64,000 nucleotides of DNA, taken from positions 5,984,001-6,048,000 of the forward strand of contig OZ242214.1 in NCBI GenBank assembly GCA_965206595.1. Direction: 5' to 3'. Shown here piece after piece: positions 8,118 through 18,600 of this stretch. How positions within the stretch are numbered: the first letter of the stretch is position 1; each line of letters begins with the position of its first letter. This DNA comes from Candidatus Latescibacterota bacterium. GTDB taxonomy: Bacteria > Latescibacterota > UBA2968 > UBA8231. The translations under genes were made by a program, and so were the position numbers. The notes beneath the pieces are model-generated. The model was not told the origin of the DNA and did no database searches. It saw only the letters and a list, made by a program, of their open reading frames with translations.

Positions 8118-10781
8118 ATGCGGCCGACCTTGCGGCTGGAGAACCCCATCGATACTTCCCGCACCCTGTCCGCCCGGCGCTCCTCGGCCTCTTTCCCGGG
8201 TGCCGGCGGTTTCGGATGGCTGCTGGCGGTGCTCGGCGGCCTCGCGGCACCGGGGTCAGGAGCCGCCGTCGAGCCGCTTCTGGAGGGGCGTGTGCTTCTG
8301 GCTTCGGGGCAACCGGCGGCCGGGGCGCGGGTGCGGCTGTTCGACAGCGCCGACCTGGGGCGCTCGCTGCGGGTCACCACCGATGAGAGCGGCTACTTCG
8401 CGCTGCCCCTGACGGCGCTGCACCGGGCGGCCCCCCTGCCGGCGCGCCTGCACCTGGGTCAGAACTACCCCAACCCGTTCAATCCCTCGACCATCATTCC
8501 GTATCAGCTGCCGGCCCCGACGCGGGTGCGCCTGGAGGTGTTCAACATCCTGGGTCAGCGGGTGGCGACCCTGGTCGACGGGGAGCGTCCGGCCGGTTTT
8601 CACACGGCGGCCTGGAACGGCACGGATGCCTCGGGTCGGGGGGTGGGCTCGGGGGTGTATCTGTACCGGCTGTTAGGCGGCGGGGAGCGCCTGACGCGGT
8701 CGATGGTGCTGCTGGACGGGCCGGTGGTCCCGGCAGGTGGAGGGGGCTCCGGCGGGGCCGCGGATCCCTGGGGCGGAGGAGCCGGCGCGGATGCAGGGAG
8801 CTTCGGCGGGGCCGACTCCTGGAGCGGGGCGGCAGGCACGGCGGATGGGTTCGCTTCTGCGGGTCACCCCCCGGGGAGCGCCGCGGGTGGAGCGGTCTCC
8901 GAGGGTGCGGCCGATCCATCAGACAAGCCCGCAGGAGCAAGAGGTGCCGGTCCGGAGAAGTGGGCTCCGGCCAGCGGAGCAGCGGGAGCAGCCTCCGGGG
9001 GGGCGAGTCCAGCGGGTCCGACAGGCGGGACGGGGGCGGGCTTCGAGGGCGGCGCAGATCCATCAGGCAGGACCGGCGGAGTGGGAGCGGCTGGTTTCGG
9101 GACGTGGGCTTCGGGCATGGGCGAGGGGCCGGTCTACGGGCTGACGGTCTCGGGCCCGGAGCTGGTCCCTTACGTCGACCCGGCCTTCCGGGTGGAGGGC
9201 GGGCCGGTCGAGATTCAGGTTCAGCCGCTGTCATCCCTTCCTCGCGGGAAAGCGCTGGCGGGCGGCGGCCTGCTGGGCGACGTCGACGGCAACGGCCGGG
9301 TCGACCTCGCCGACGCCCTGCTCATCGCCTCGTACAGCGAGGATCCGACCCTGTCCCTTGGCAACGGCGACCTCACCCTGGGAGACGTCAACGGGGACGG
9401 GCAGGTCGATCTGGCCGACGCCCGGCTCATCGAGGCCTACCACGCCGACCCGTCCGACCCGTCGCTGCCGGAAGGGATCGGGTCCTTGGCGGCCGGCGGG
9501 GATACGACCTGGCTCTACTGGACGGACGCGGACGGCGACCGCATTCAGCGCTCCCGCCTGGACGGCTCCGGGGTCGAGGACGTGATCGACAGCGGCCTGG
9601 TCAATCCGCGCGGCCTGGCCGTGGACTCAGCGGCCGGCCAGCTCTACTGGACCGACTACGGCAGCGACCGGATTCAGCGCGCCAATCTCGACGGCTCTCA
9701 AGTCGAGGACCTCGTCACCACCGGTCTGCGCATCCCCCTGGGCCTGGCCCTCGACGCGGGAACGGGCAAGCTCTACTGGACGGACAACGGCAGCGACAAG
9801 ATCCAGCGGTCCAACCTCGACGGCTCTCAAGTCGAGGATGTGGTCACCGGCCTGCAGACGCCGCTGAGCCTGGCCCTGGATGCAGCCGGCGGCCAGCTCT
9901 ACTGGACCGACAGCGGCGCCGACAAGATCCAGCGGTCCAACCTCGACGGCTCCGAAATCGAGGACCTGGTCGCCACCGGCCTGGACCTTCCCCGGGGGCT
10001 GGCCGTGGACGCAGCCGGGGGCAAGCTCTACTGGACGGACAACGGCAGCGACCAGATTCAGCGGGCCAACCTCGACGGCTCCGAGGTGGAAGAGCTGGTA
10101 AGCACCGGCTTGCACACCCCCCGGGGCCTGGCCCTCGACGCGGACGCGGGCAAGCTCTATTGGACGGACAGCGGCACCGGCAAGATCCAGCGGGCGAATC
10201 TCGACGGCTCTGAAATCGAAGACCTGGTGACCGAGGGCCTGCTGAGTCCGCGGGGCCTGGTTCTGGTGCGGACTGCCGGGGCCGCCCGAAACCGGGCCCC
10301 GGTACTGGCGCCACTGGCCGACCGGGCCGCGGCGGCCGGCGACACCCTGACCCTGGCGGCGGCCGCCAGCGACCCGGACGGCGACGCCCTGACCTACACG
10401 GCTTCATCGAGCGACGAGGCGGTAGCCAGGGTCGAGGCGGCCGATTCCCTGCTGACGGTCTACGCGCTGTCGATGGGCCGGGCCACGATCACCGCGACCG
10501 TCCGCGACCCGGAGGGCCTGGAGGCCGTGCAGCGCTTCGCCGTCCTCGTCGGAGCCGGGGGCCCCGGGACCGTCGTCCGGCTCTACTGGACGGACGCGGA
10601 GACGGACCGGATCCGGCGGTCCCACCTCGACGGCACGGGGGTGGAGGACGTCGTCGACCGCGGCCTGGTCAATCCGCGCGGGCTGGCCGTGGACGAGACG
10701 GCCGCCAAGCTCTACTGGACCGACTACGGCAGCGACCGCATCCAGCGGTCCAACCTCGACGGCTCCGAGGTGGAAGACCTG
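8118..10781 (+). CDS. 5' part of split giant surface protein: signal-like segment, FlgD/Ig-like domain, Gly/Ala linker, dockerin, YWTD propeller, Ig-like
   Basis: QNYPNPFNPST; two DVDGNG/DVNGDG EF-hand-like loops; LYWTD repeats; homology stops at ...GSEVEDL and the ORF runs 17 codons into foreign DNA to 10835. Confidence 0.85.
9510..10781 (+). repeat. YWTD (LDL-receptor class B) coding repeats, 6 + 2 units of ~126-129 nt
   Basis: ctctactggac recurs; ~43-aa units. Confidence 0.9.
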
Positions 10782-10870
10782 TCCACTGCTTTGGCATTTC
10801 ATACCATTTCTTACCCTACCGTAAAGTTCCTTTAATCGACTGTATTTCAGGCGGTTACGGCTGATTCGTG

Positions 10871-10924
10871 GTTTCCTGACGTTTCCTAAGATCCCTTGAC
10901 ATGGCGGTAATTTTGTGATAACGT
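10871..10924 (+). promoter_or_regulatory. Integrase sigma70 promoter with 10-bp-period direct repeats
   Basis: TTGACA(10896-10901)-N17-TAACGT; repeats gtttcctgac/gtttcctaag/atcccttgac overlap the -35 (candidate AlpA/Xis sites). Confidence 0.55.
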
Positions 10925-10966
10925 GGTGAGTAACTCAGGGCGATCAACAAGGAGGAAATCGACCCC

Positions 10967-12157
10967 ATGAAACGTCCCAAAATGCTCTCGGCAACCTTCG
11001 TGCGAAACGTGAACCGGTCCGGCCGCTACGGCGACGGGCGCGGCGGCTTCGGGCTCTCGCTGCTGGTCAAGCCCAGGGAGGACAACGGGCGGCTGTCCAA
11101 GACGTGGAGCCAGCGGCTGAACATCGACGGGAAGCTGACCAACGTCGGGCTCGGGCCGTATCCGCTGGTGACGCTCAAGGAGGCGCGGGACAAGGCGCTG
11201 GAGAATCGCCGCGCCGTCGAGCAGGGCTCAGACCCCCGCGCCCAACGCGCCGCCGCCCGCGTTCTCACCTTCGCCGCCTCCGCCGAGGCCGTCATCAAAA
11301 TCCACGCCGAGACCTGGAAGAACGGGGGCCGGTCGGAGGACAACTGGCGCAAGAGCCTCGGCGAGTACGTCATGCCCCGGCTCGGGCGCAAGCCGGTGGA
11401 CAAGATCACTACGTCGGACGTGCTGGCCGTCATCACGCCGATCTGGTCGTCGCGTCGGGAGACGGCCAAGCGGGTGCGCCAGCGGATCTCGGCGGTGATG
11501 AAGTGGGCGGTGGCCGAGGGCCACCGCGAGGACAACCCGGCCGGCGACGCCATCCAGGCGGCCTTGCCCAAGAACGAGATGGCGAAGGTCCACTACAAGG
11601 CGTTGCCGCATGCCGAGGTCGGCGCGGCGCTGCGCACGATGCGGGCCGCCGACGTATGGGAGCCGAGGAAGCTGGCTATCGAGTTCCTCGTGCTCACGGC
11701 GACGCGGTCGAACGAAGTCCGGGGGGCGCGGTGGGAGGAAATCGAGGACGCGACGTGGACGATCCCGGCCGAGCGCATGAAGAAGGGCCGGGAGCACCGC
11801 GTGCCGCTGGCTCCTCGAGCCCTGGCGGTGCTGGAGGCGGCGCGCGCCTACGACGACCGCTCGGGGCTGGTGTTCCCCAGCTCGCGCGGCGGCAAGCAGT
11901 CCGACGGGTCGCTGTCGCAGTTCGTTAAGCACCTCGGAATCGAGGCGGTGCCCCACGGGTTCCGAAGCAGCTTCCGCGATTGGGCCGCCGAGTGCTCTCA
12001 AGCGCCCCGCGAGGTCTGCGAGCTGGCCCTGGCCCACGTCAACGACGACCGGACGGAAGCCGCCTACCGGAGAAGCGATCTGTTCGATCTGCGCCGCAAA
12101 CTGATGGAGGACTGGGAGGCGTATCTGGAAATCGAGGTAGTGCCAAAGCGGATCTAG
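10967..12157 (+). CDS. int: P4-like tyrosine integrase with arm-binding domain
   Basis: GLGPYP.VTLKEAR arm domain; TATRSNE, MKKGREHRVPL, HGFRSSFRDW, LAH, AAY catalytic motifs; RBS aggagg. Confidence 0.95.
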   Translation: MKRPKMLSATFVRNVNRSGRYGDGRGGFGLSLLVKPREDNGRLSKTWSQRLNIDGKLTNVGLGPYPLVTLKEARDKALENRRAVEQGSDPRAQRAAARVLTFAASAEAVIKIHAETWKNGGRSEDNWRKSLGEYVMPRLGRKPVDKITTSDVLAVITPIWSSRRETAKRVRQRISAVMKWAVAEGHREDNPAGDAIQAALPKNEMAKVHYKALPHAEVGAALRTMRAADVWEPRKLAIEFLVLTATRSNEVRGARWEEIEDATWTIPAERMKKGREHRVPLAPRALAVLEAARAYDDRSGLVFPSSRGGKQSDGSLSQFVKHLGIEAVPHGFRSSFRDWAAECSQAPREVCELALAHVNDDRTEAAYRRSDLFDLRRKLMEDWEAYLEIEVVPKRI

Positions 12158-12828
12158 GAGTCGCCTGAAAGGAAAAAAACCACATATGTGCCAATTATTC
12201 ATAGACGACGCAAAGAAGCCAGAAAAACCCCATCATCGCACAACGCCGACTGTGGATTTCAAGGAGGACGACGACGCCCGTCGTCATCGAGGTTGATTGC
12301 GGCGACGTCGGCGCGTTCAAGGTTGAGCGCACCACCAACGACAACGAGGTCGCCTTTTTTCAGCGCACCCCCTCGGACGACTGGCAACAGATCGAAACCG
12401 GGCGGTCCACGGAACTGTTGATCCTGGTTCACACCCTCGTCGAGGCGTTCGTGGCGTTGAACCGGGAAGGAATAACCCCACCGGCGCCAGCCGGGCCTTT
12501 GAACGAGCGGCCCGGGCCCACCCTGGAGGCATGGGGTGGATGATTCTGAGGCGGTCGGCCAAAAGGGGGCTGGGAATTTTTTTGTTTCCCCTTGACCCTG
12601 TACGATCCACACGATTTCGTATTTCAAATACGTAGCAGAAGCTGGCTGCGAGCTGGCTTTTATCTGGATGGGTGGCAGAGGGGCCACAACGCAAGGTACC
12701 CGGCTCTCCAGGAATCCTTCTTTTTCCACGTTTACCGGGGTGGCTGTATCGCCCAGGTAAGTTGATCGGCTGCGCCTCAACCGAACCCTTGGGGGTTCCC
12801 CCGGCGTGGCTGGAGAGGAGTCCTTGGT

Positions 12829-13050
12829 ATGAGTGGTATTTTGCGTTTGCCGGCGGTTCTTGAGCTGACCGGTCTCAGCCGCACGACGATCTGGCGGAAG
12901 GTCAAGCGGGGGGAGTTTCCCCAACCGGTGGCCCTCGGAGCCCGCGCTCGCGGCTGGCGAGCTTCGGAGGTCCAGGAGTGGATAGACAGCCGGCAGCCCG
13001 TCGGGGAAGTGGCTGAAGAGCCGGCCGTCGTGGCGGGGGGAGGAGGATGA
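12829..13050 (+). CDS. alpA: AlpA-family excisionase/regulator
   Basis: ILRLPAVLELTGLSRTTIWR...FPQPVALG...GWRASEVQEWI. Confidence 0.9.
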   Translation: MSGILRLPAVLELTGLSRTTIWRKVKRGEFPQPVALGARARGWRASEVQEWIDSRQPVGEVAEEPAVVAGGGG

Positions 13051-14003
13051 ACAACCCGCCCGTCGTCGTCCTGAGTGACCTGCCGCGGTCGCTGACCGTT
13101 TCGGACCCGGCGCGTGAGCTCATGGACGCCAGCGTCTCGGCGAATACGCGCCGTGCCTACCGGTCGGCCTTGAACAAGTTCGGCGATCGCCTCGCCGGGG
13201 CTCCCGTCACCGACGAGGCCATCGCCGACTACCTCGCCTCGTTGCACGAGGCCGGCAAGTCCCCGCAGACCTGCAGCCAGGTGGTGGCCGCGCTCAAGTT
13301 CGCGGCCAAGCTGCACGGGATGACCCCGCCCCTCGGCCCGGTGACCAACCGGGTCCTTGGCGGGATCCGGCGCTCAGGCCGGGGCCGAGGGCGGGGGCAG
13401 GTCCAGGGCGTGAGCTTCTCGCAGTCCGACACGGCGGCCACCTTCGCCGAGAAGAAGGGGGAGGCTCTGGCCGATGCGCGCGAGGCGGCGATCCTTGCCG
13501 TCGCCTCCGACGCCATGCTCAGGGCCAGCGAGGTGGCCGCGCTTCAGGTCTCAGACATTGCCTGCGAACCCGATGGCACGGGCACTGTGACCATCCGGTC
13601 GAGCAAGACCGGCCAGGAAGGGCGCGGATCGGTTCAGTTCCTCGGGCCTCCTACCGTGGCCCGGATCCAGGCGTGGGTGGAGGGGGCCGGCATCCGGGAG
13701 GGACCGATATTCCGCCGCGTCTTTGTCGGGGGCAGTCGCGTCGGGGACAAGAAAATGAACGTGGACAGCGTCCGGAAGATCATCCAGAAGCGGTGCGCCG
13801 CCATCGGGATTGTGGAACACGTCTCCGGCCACTCGCTTCGGGTCGGCGGGGCTCAGTCGCTGGCCGCCGGCGGGGCCTCGCTGCCGGAAATGCAGACGGC
13901 CGGACGCTGGGAATCGCCGCAGATGCCGGGACACTACGCACGGGGCCAACTAGCCGCCAAGGGAGCTGTTGCGCGGATCAAGTACCCACATGGGGACCAA
14001 TGA
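13047..14003 (+). CDS. Cre-like tyrosine recombinase
   Basis: SANTRRAY core-binding domain; LRASE, SKTGQ, GHSLRVG, AGRW, Y catalytic set; overlaps alpA stop. Confidence 0.9.
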   Translation: MNNPPVVVLSDLPRSLTVSDPARELMDASVSANTRRAYRSALNKFGDRLAGAPVTDEAIADYLASLHEAGKSPQTCSQVVAALKFAAKLHGMTPPLGPVTNRVLGGIRRSGRGRGRGQVQGVSFSQSDTAATFAEKKGEALADAREAAILAVASDAMLRASEVAALQVSDIACEPDGTGTVTIRSSKTGQEGRGSVQFLGPPTVARIQAWVEGAGIREGPIFRRVFVGGSRVGDKKMNVDSVRKIIQKRCAAIGIVEHVSGHSLRVGGAQSLAAGGASLPEMQTAGRWESPQMPGHYARGQLAAKGAVARIKYPHGDQ

Positions 14004-14488
14004 AATGGGCCCCACGGATTCTTGACTTGGCAGACGTCTTCCGAGGGAAGACCCTTTCCGCGCAGGTTTGGCGCGCGGATGCCAGTGTCTCCCCAAGAAC
14101 CAAGAGAAATTACCGATCTGCGCTGGCGAAGTTCGACGAGGCGGTGGCCGGCAAACCCGTTGCCGACTCCGTAATCGCGGACTACCTCGCCGACCTGCAC
14201 GCGGCCGGAAAATCACCGGGGGACGTGCAACCGGGTCGTTACTGCTCTCAAGTACCGCGCCCGGCTGCAGGGCACCCCGTTGCCCGGGACCTGGACAATC
14301 TGGCTCTGGCCCTTCCAAACGTGAACCGATCCAAGTCTGGCAAGGATGCGGCCGAATGGCTTCCGAAGCGTAGTCGGTGCTGGTTCGCCCGAACCATAAT
14401 CCGGGTGAAGGCGAAGTACGGGCTCAGCGTAGATGCCCGGGAAAAAGCCGCCTTGACCAAGACACTACAGACGTGTAGCGTTCCCTGA
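14000..14488 (+). CDS. Chimeric ORF: recombinase N-terminal duplicate fused to HNH C-terminal half
   Basis: DASVSPRTKRNYRSAL...IADYLA.LH.AGKSP matches the 13047 protein; DLDNL.LALP.VNR.K...AREKAAL matches the 5496-6002 protein. Confidence 0.6.
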   Translation: MKWAPRILDLADVFRGKTLSAQVWRADASVSPRTKRNYRSALAKFDEAVAGKPVADSVIADYLADLHAAGKSPGDVQPGRYCSQVPRPAAGHPVARDLDNLALALPNVNRSKSGKDAAEWLPKRSRCWFARTIIRVKAKYGLSVDAREKAALTKTLQTCSVP

Positions 14489-14676
14489 AATGGAAGGAAA
14501 TGAGGACTACGATGACAATTCTAGATGAGGTACGCACAGTTTGCTGAATATCCTAAAAGAAGCAAGCACCGTTGATGCTCAGCTAAGAGCTGCAGAGTTA
14601 CTCATACGAATCGAAGCAGAGGATTCCGTTGCGCTAATCAACGGAAGAGTTGTCGCGCTTTAGCAAATTATCGGCC

Positions 14677-14875
14677 CGGAACGTGTCAATGAGAATGAGA
14701 CACTACGCGAAAAAGTTTACTGTCCTATTCGTGCGCATTCGATGGTGGTCGGAGGTGGGTTGATCCACACCTCGGCCGGTAACTTGGGCGCCTGAGGGGC
14801 CCCGTTGACGAAGCGCTCGGGATGTCGTGTGCAGGCGTCATCGAGGACGCGTTGCCGCGCAGACTGGAGTTGGGT
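14677..14875 (-). mobile_element. IS3-like transposase 3' remnant with terminal repeat
   Basis: Frame RQRVLDDAC.RHPERFVNGAPQAPKLPAEVWINPP followed by gtgtctcattctcattgacacgttccg. Confidence 0.65.
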
Positions 14876-14998
14876 GCCCTTGAAAGCCTGCAGTAGGACT
14901 GGTCCCTCCAGTTCCTTTTCTGCCTCTCCTGCTTAATCACCTACATAATTCCCTTTTGAAAAGGCTGAACAGGCGGGCTGAAAACGGAAATCAAGGTT

Positions 14999-15149
14999 GA
15001 CTCCTTCGTATTAACCCCATTTTCAGGATGTTCAGCGATTCAGCACACTAGAGCGCCACTATATATTGGCCAACTAAGACAAGGCATACACTATATGTTG
15101 TATAAAAAACCGGGGCATTCTGGGGACGTAGGGTTTTTACGAGAGAATC
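14999..15149. mobile_element. MITE copy A (151 bp)
   Basis: Imperfect TIR GACTCCTTCGTATTAACCC / GATTCTCTCGTAAAAACCC; 6-bp TSD AAGGTT (14993-14998, 15150-15155). Confidence 0.75.
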
Positions 15150-15267
15150 AAGGTTGCTGTACAGGTTGTCCAGAGTGGCTCTGACGGGTGTACTCAGGTC
15201 AATGATTTTCAGAAAAAACAACGGGTTGGGACGATAACAACGATTTCATTCCTAAAAGCGGCACTTT

Positions 15268-15754
15268 TTACCTGGTCAACGTCTGCCCCAGTTCCTCCAA
15301 GTCGGAAAAGAATCGCGTCTCCGCGAGCTCGGCGGCCAGCGCCAGCCCCTGGTCCTCGGCCCATTCGGGAGGCAGGACGACTATCGTCCCGCCGGACAAC
15401 CGGTTGGCCGACGTCGCTTTCAGCCCGGGCTCCCACGCGCTGGCGGGGCAGACATGAGTTGCCCTGGCTCCATGCGTTGCGCGCACCACCACGACCAGCT
15501 CCCACCCCCCTTCCGGTTGCCGCAGGCCGACGACGTGGCCGTTGCGGACTTTCAGTAGTTCGGTGCCGGGCACCAGGGGAACGTGCCGGATCTCCCCGAG
15601 GTTCTTCCGGACGCGAGCGCGGTAGGACTTCGAGCGCTTGTCGGCCTTCCCCCCCCTGGCGTATCCCTGAGCAGGTGCCCGAGCAGGTCTTGACGTTCGG
15701 CTGCAATTTCCGCCGGGCGGTTGGAATGGTTTTTCTGCAAACACTGCACTTCAT
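15268..15754 (-). pseudogene. Zn-finger (CxxC...CxxxC) hypothetical protein, copy 1, frameshift in C-run ~15650
   Basis: Two frames join to match the intact paralogue 17429-17941. Confidence 0.7.
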
Positions 15755-15807
15755 AGGTGCCCCTTTCCTTTCCCCTCTCTGGTATCCACTGAGGCCGTCC
15801 CGCCCCC

Positions 15808-15975
15808 TCATACGACGCGCAGAATGGCGTTGAGGATGCGGCGCCCCCACGAAAAGGTCGGGTGGCGCTCGGTCCACAGCGCTTTGAACCGCTCGCTTTC
15901 CCGGCGTCGGCGGTCCGCGGCCTCCAGATCGGCGGCGGCGGCGGTCTCGAAATCCCGTTGCGTAAGGGGGGTCAT
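15808..15975 (-). CDS. Small hypothetical protein, copy 1
   Basis: PLTQRDFETAA...RRRESE paralogous to 17979-18164. Confidence 0.6.
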   Translation of the reverse strand: MTPLTQRDFETAAAADLEAADRRRRESERFKALWTERHPTFSWGRRILNAILRVV

Positions 15976-16040
15976 CGCTTCTTCGTCTCCTCCGTCTTTG
16001 TTGCCCATTCGTTTCTCCTCGTTTCCTAAAGCTAAAGATT

Positions 16041-16206
16041 GACTCCTTCGTATAAACCCCATTTTGAGGATGTTCAGCGATTCAGCACATTAGAGCGCCA
16101 CTATATATTGGCCAACAAAGACAAGGCATACACTATATGTTGTGTGATAAAATGTTGTGTGATAAACCGGACATTCTGAGCGACGTAGGGTTTTTACGAG
16201 AGAATC
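16041..16206. mobile_element. MITE copy B (166 bp)
   Basis: Highly similar to copy A plus ~15-bp internal tandem duplication; 6-bp TSD AAGATT (16035-16040, 16207-16212). Confidence 0.75.
16087..16145 (-). promoter_or_regulatory. Sigma70-like promoter overlapped by tandem NrdR-box-like sites (also in copy A)
   Basis: TTGGCC-N17-TAATGT on minus strand; CCACTATATATTGGCC 16098-16113 and ACACTATATGTTGTGT 16130-16145, 32 bp apart. Confidence 0.6.
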
Positions 16207-16214
16207 AAGATTGT

Positions 16215-16589
16215 TTCCCCCTTGGAAGGTGCCAAGCCCCCGGCAGCTCCTCACCGCCGGCAGCTCCCGTTTCCGGGCCGGTCCGAGGGGGAAAGGGGTT
16301 ATCGCTCGTTGGCAGGGTGCCGCGATTCGGCCCCGGTGGAGCCGCGCCCTAAGCTGCTGGTTCTGCTTGCGCAGGGCGCAGACCCGCTCTCCCAGCGCCT
16401 GAACGGCGTCCCACGGCCAGGGGATGCCGCTCCCCTGCCGGTCGGGGACATACTGCTCCTGCTCCGGGTCCCACTTCTCGACGCGGACGAAGCGGCCTTT
16501 GCCTCCCGGCCGCTCCACCATGAGGACGCGGATCGGCTCCGCGTACCCGGGCGTCTCCTTCGCTTGCTCTCGTAGATGACCTGATCCAT
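16215..16589 (-). pseudogene. Hypothetical protein (GKGRFVRVEKWD...IPWPWDA), copy 1, frameshifted
   Basis: Paralogous to 18190-18488; RBS ggaaggag; 3' end uncertain. Confidence 0.55.
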
Positions 16590-16690
16590 CGTGCTTCTCC
16601 TTCCGGGGGAGTGAGCGCCGGCACGTGGGTCACCGGCTGTAGGATTCCGACCGCGCCCCGAAAGGCGCGGCCCCCCCTCCGTTGCTTTTC

Positions 16691-17020
16691 CTACCGGAAC
16701 GGGTTGACTGCCTTCTCCATCAGCCCCTTGACCTCGCGGAGGTCGGCTGCCAGCGCCCCGAAGTGCGCGTCGAGGTAGTCGGTGTAGCCGGAATCGAGCG
16801 CCGGCTGAGCGGGCCGGGCCGGCCCGAAATACTCCTTGACCACTTCGGTCAGGTCCTCGTCGGTAAGCTTCAGCTCGCCGCCGATCCCGATCAGCTCCTC
16901 GGCGGATGTGACCGATTGACGGATGCCGCGCGGTCCGCGCTGGACGCACAGCCTGCCGGCGATGTCGTGCAGGGACACCACGCGCTGTCCGTCGTTGGTT
17001 TTCGTGAAAAGCTCAGCCAT
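16691..17020 (-). CDS. Hypothetical protein, copy 1
   Basis: LHDIAG.LCVQRGPRGIRQ shared with 18601-19212. Confidence 0.7.
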   Translation of the reverse strand: MAELFTKTNDGQRVVSLHDIAGRLCVQRGPRGIRQSVTSAEELIGIGGELKLTDEDLTEVVKEYFGPARPAQPALDSGYTDYLDAHFGALAADLREVKGLMEKAVNPFR

Positions 17021-17098
17021 TGGGATGGCCCTTTCAGCCCCGTTAGGGCGGTTGTGGAGGCCGCAGCCGGGGCCACGGCCTCCCGCGGGGTGGGGTTA

Positions 17099-17260
17099 CT
17101 ACTCGGGTGCGTCCACGAGCGCCGGCGCAAAGCCGGGCGGCGTCCAGCGTCTGAGGCGGTCCCTGGCCTTCTCGGACAGGGTCGGCTCGCCGTCCGGGTT
17201 GCGGAACACGGCCTCGGCGCACTCGGCCAACTCGCCCTTCTTGTAGCCCTTGAACCCCAT
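17099..17260 (-). pseudogene. Duplicate of ParB-like protein C-terminus
   Basis: GFKGYKKGELAE.AE..FRNPDGE...WTPPGF matches the end of the 19291 protein. Confidence 0.8.
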
Positions 17261-17428
17261 CGGTAGGGGGTCTCCACGACGCACAGCGCGCCGCCCGGCA
17301 CCCATACCGACGTGGTGCGCTGACCTTTGTGGCGCAGCACCCCGTCATGGCGCTGCCGGGCCGCCTCCACCGCTTGCTCCTTTTGACATTTAGCCTATCC
17401 CAATCAGGACAGGCTAAATGTATCCCAA

Positions 17429-17941
17429 TCAATTCTTGGGCCTGCGCCCCCTTGTCTTCTTTTTACCCTGGGTCAACGCCTGTCGCAGGTCCTCCAGATA
17501 CGGGAACTGCCTCTTCTCGAGCTTGGCCGCCCGCGCCTGGTCCTCGGCCCATTCGGGGGGCAGGACGGCTACCGTCGTCGCCCCCGCCAGCCGGGTGTCG
17601 GACCTCGCTTTCAGCTCGGGGTCCCAGGCGCTTGCGGGGCAGGCATGGATGGCCCTGCCTGCAAACGTCGCCCGAATCACCACGACCAGTTGCCACTCCC
17701 CTTCGGGTTGCTCCAGACCGACGACGTGGCCCTTGCGGACTTTCAGTTCGGTGCCGGGGACCAGGGCAACGTGTCGGATCTCTTCGAGGTTTCCCCGGAC
17801 GCGCTTGAGGTAGGACTTCCCGCGCTCGTTGGCGAGCCGCCCCTGGCGTATCCCCGAACAAGTGTCGGAGCAGGTTCTGGCGTGCGGCTTTTCTCTCCGC
17901 CGGGTGGCTGGAATGGTTTTTGGGCATTCACTGCACTTCAT
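17429..17941 (-). CDS. Zn-finger hypothetical protein, copy 2
   Basis: MKCSECPK...TCSDTCSG; RBS gggaagg. Confidence 0.7.
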   Translation of the reverse strand: MKCSECPKTIPATRRREKPHARTCSDTCSGIRQGRLANERGKSYLKRVRGNLEEIRHVALVPGTELKVRKGHVVGLEQPEGEWQLVVVIRATFAGRAIHACPASAWDPELKARSDTRLAGATTVAVLPPEWAEDQARAAKLEKRQFPYLEDLRQALTQGKKKTRGRRPKN

Positions 17942-17978
17942 GGTTCGACCTTCCCCTTTTTGGTATGCTCTGAGGGCG

Positions 17979-18164
17979 TCATAGCAGGGCTCCCAGGAAG
18001 CGCAGGAAGCGGTTGAGGATGCAGCGCCCCCACGGTTCGTGGGGGTTGCGCTCATCCCACTGCGCTTTGAGCTGCTCGCTTTCCCGGCGCCGGCTGTCGG
18101 CGGCGGCCCGATCGGTCTCGGCGGCGGTCTCGAAATCCCGATGCGTAAGGGGTTTCCGTTTCAT
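17979..18164 (-). CDS. Small hypothetical protein, copy 2
   Basis: Paralogue of 15808-15975. Confidence 0.6.
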   Translation of the reverse strand: MKRKPLTHRDFETAAETDRAAADSRRRESEQLKAQWDERNPHEPWGRCILNRFLRFLGALL

Positions 18165-18189
18165 CCCTTCGCCTCCGCCTCCTGCGGGG

Positions 18190-18488
18190 TCAAGGCGCTT
18201 CCGGGGTCCATTTCGTTTCTCCCGGTTTCTCCCCCCAAAGATAGCTTGGGCCGGGATTCTGCCCGGTGGAGCCGCGCCCGCAGCTTTTGATTCTCCTTCC
18301 GCAGCGCCTGGACGGCGTCCCACGGCCACGGGATGCGGTCGGGGACCTACAGCTTCTGCTCGGCATCCCACTTCTCGACGCGGACGAAGCGGCCTTTGCC
18401 ATCGGCCCGCTTTGACCAGCAGGACGCGGATCGGGACCGCGTACCCGGGCGTCTTTTTGCGGTTGCTCTCGTAGATGATCTGATCCAT
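18190..18488 (-). pseudogene. Hypothetical protein (GKGRFVRVEKWD), copy 2, frameshifted
   Basis: Paralogue of the 16589 gene, split over several frames. Confidence 0.55.
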
Positions 18489-18600
18489 TTCGTGCCTGTT
18501 ATCCTCCCGATTGGAGTTTGAGCGCCGGCACTTGGGACACCGGGCTGTAGGATTCCGGCCCGCGCCCCGAGGCCAAACCGGGACGCGGGCCCCCTCTCCG

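Noticed and set aside
8720-9120. Gly/Ala-rich imperfect repeats and Pro-rich antisense ORFs
   Set aside because: Explained as a low-complexity linker of the surface protein
10770-10800. tRNA/tmRNA attachment site expected for a P4-type integrase
   Set aside because: No cloverleaf or clear tRNA 3' fragment at either island end
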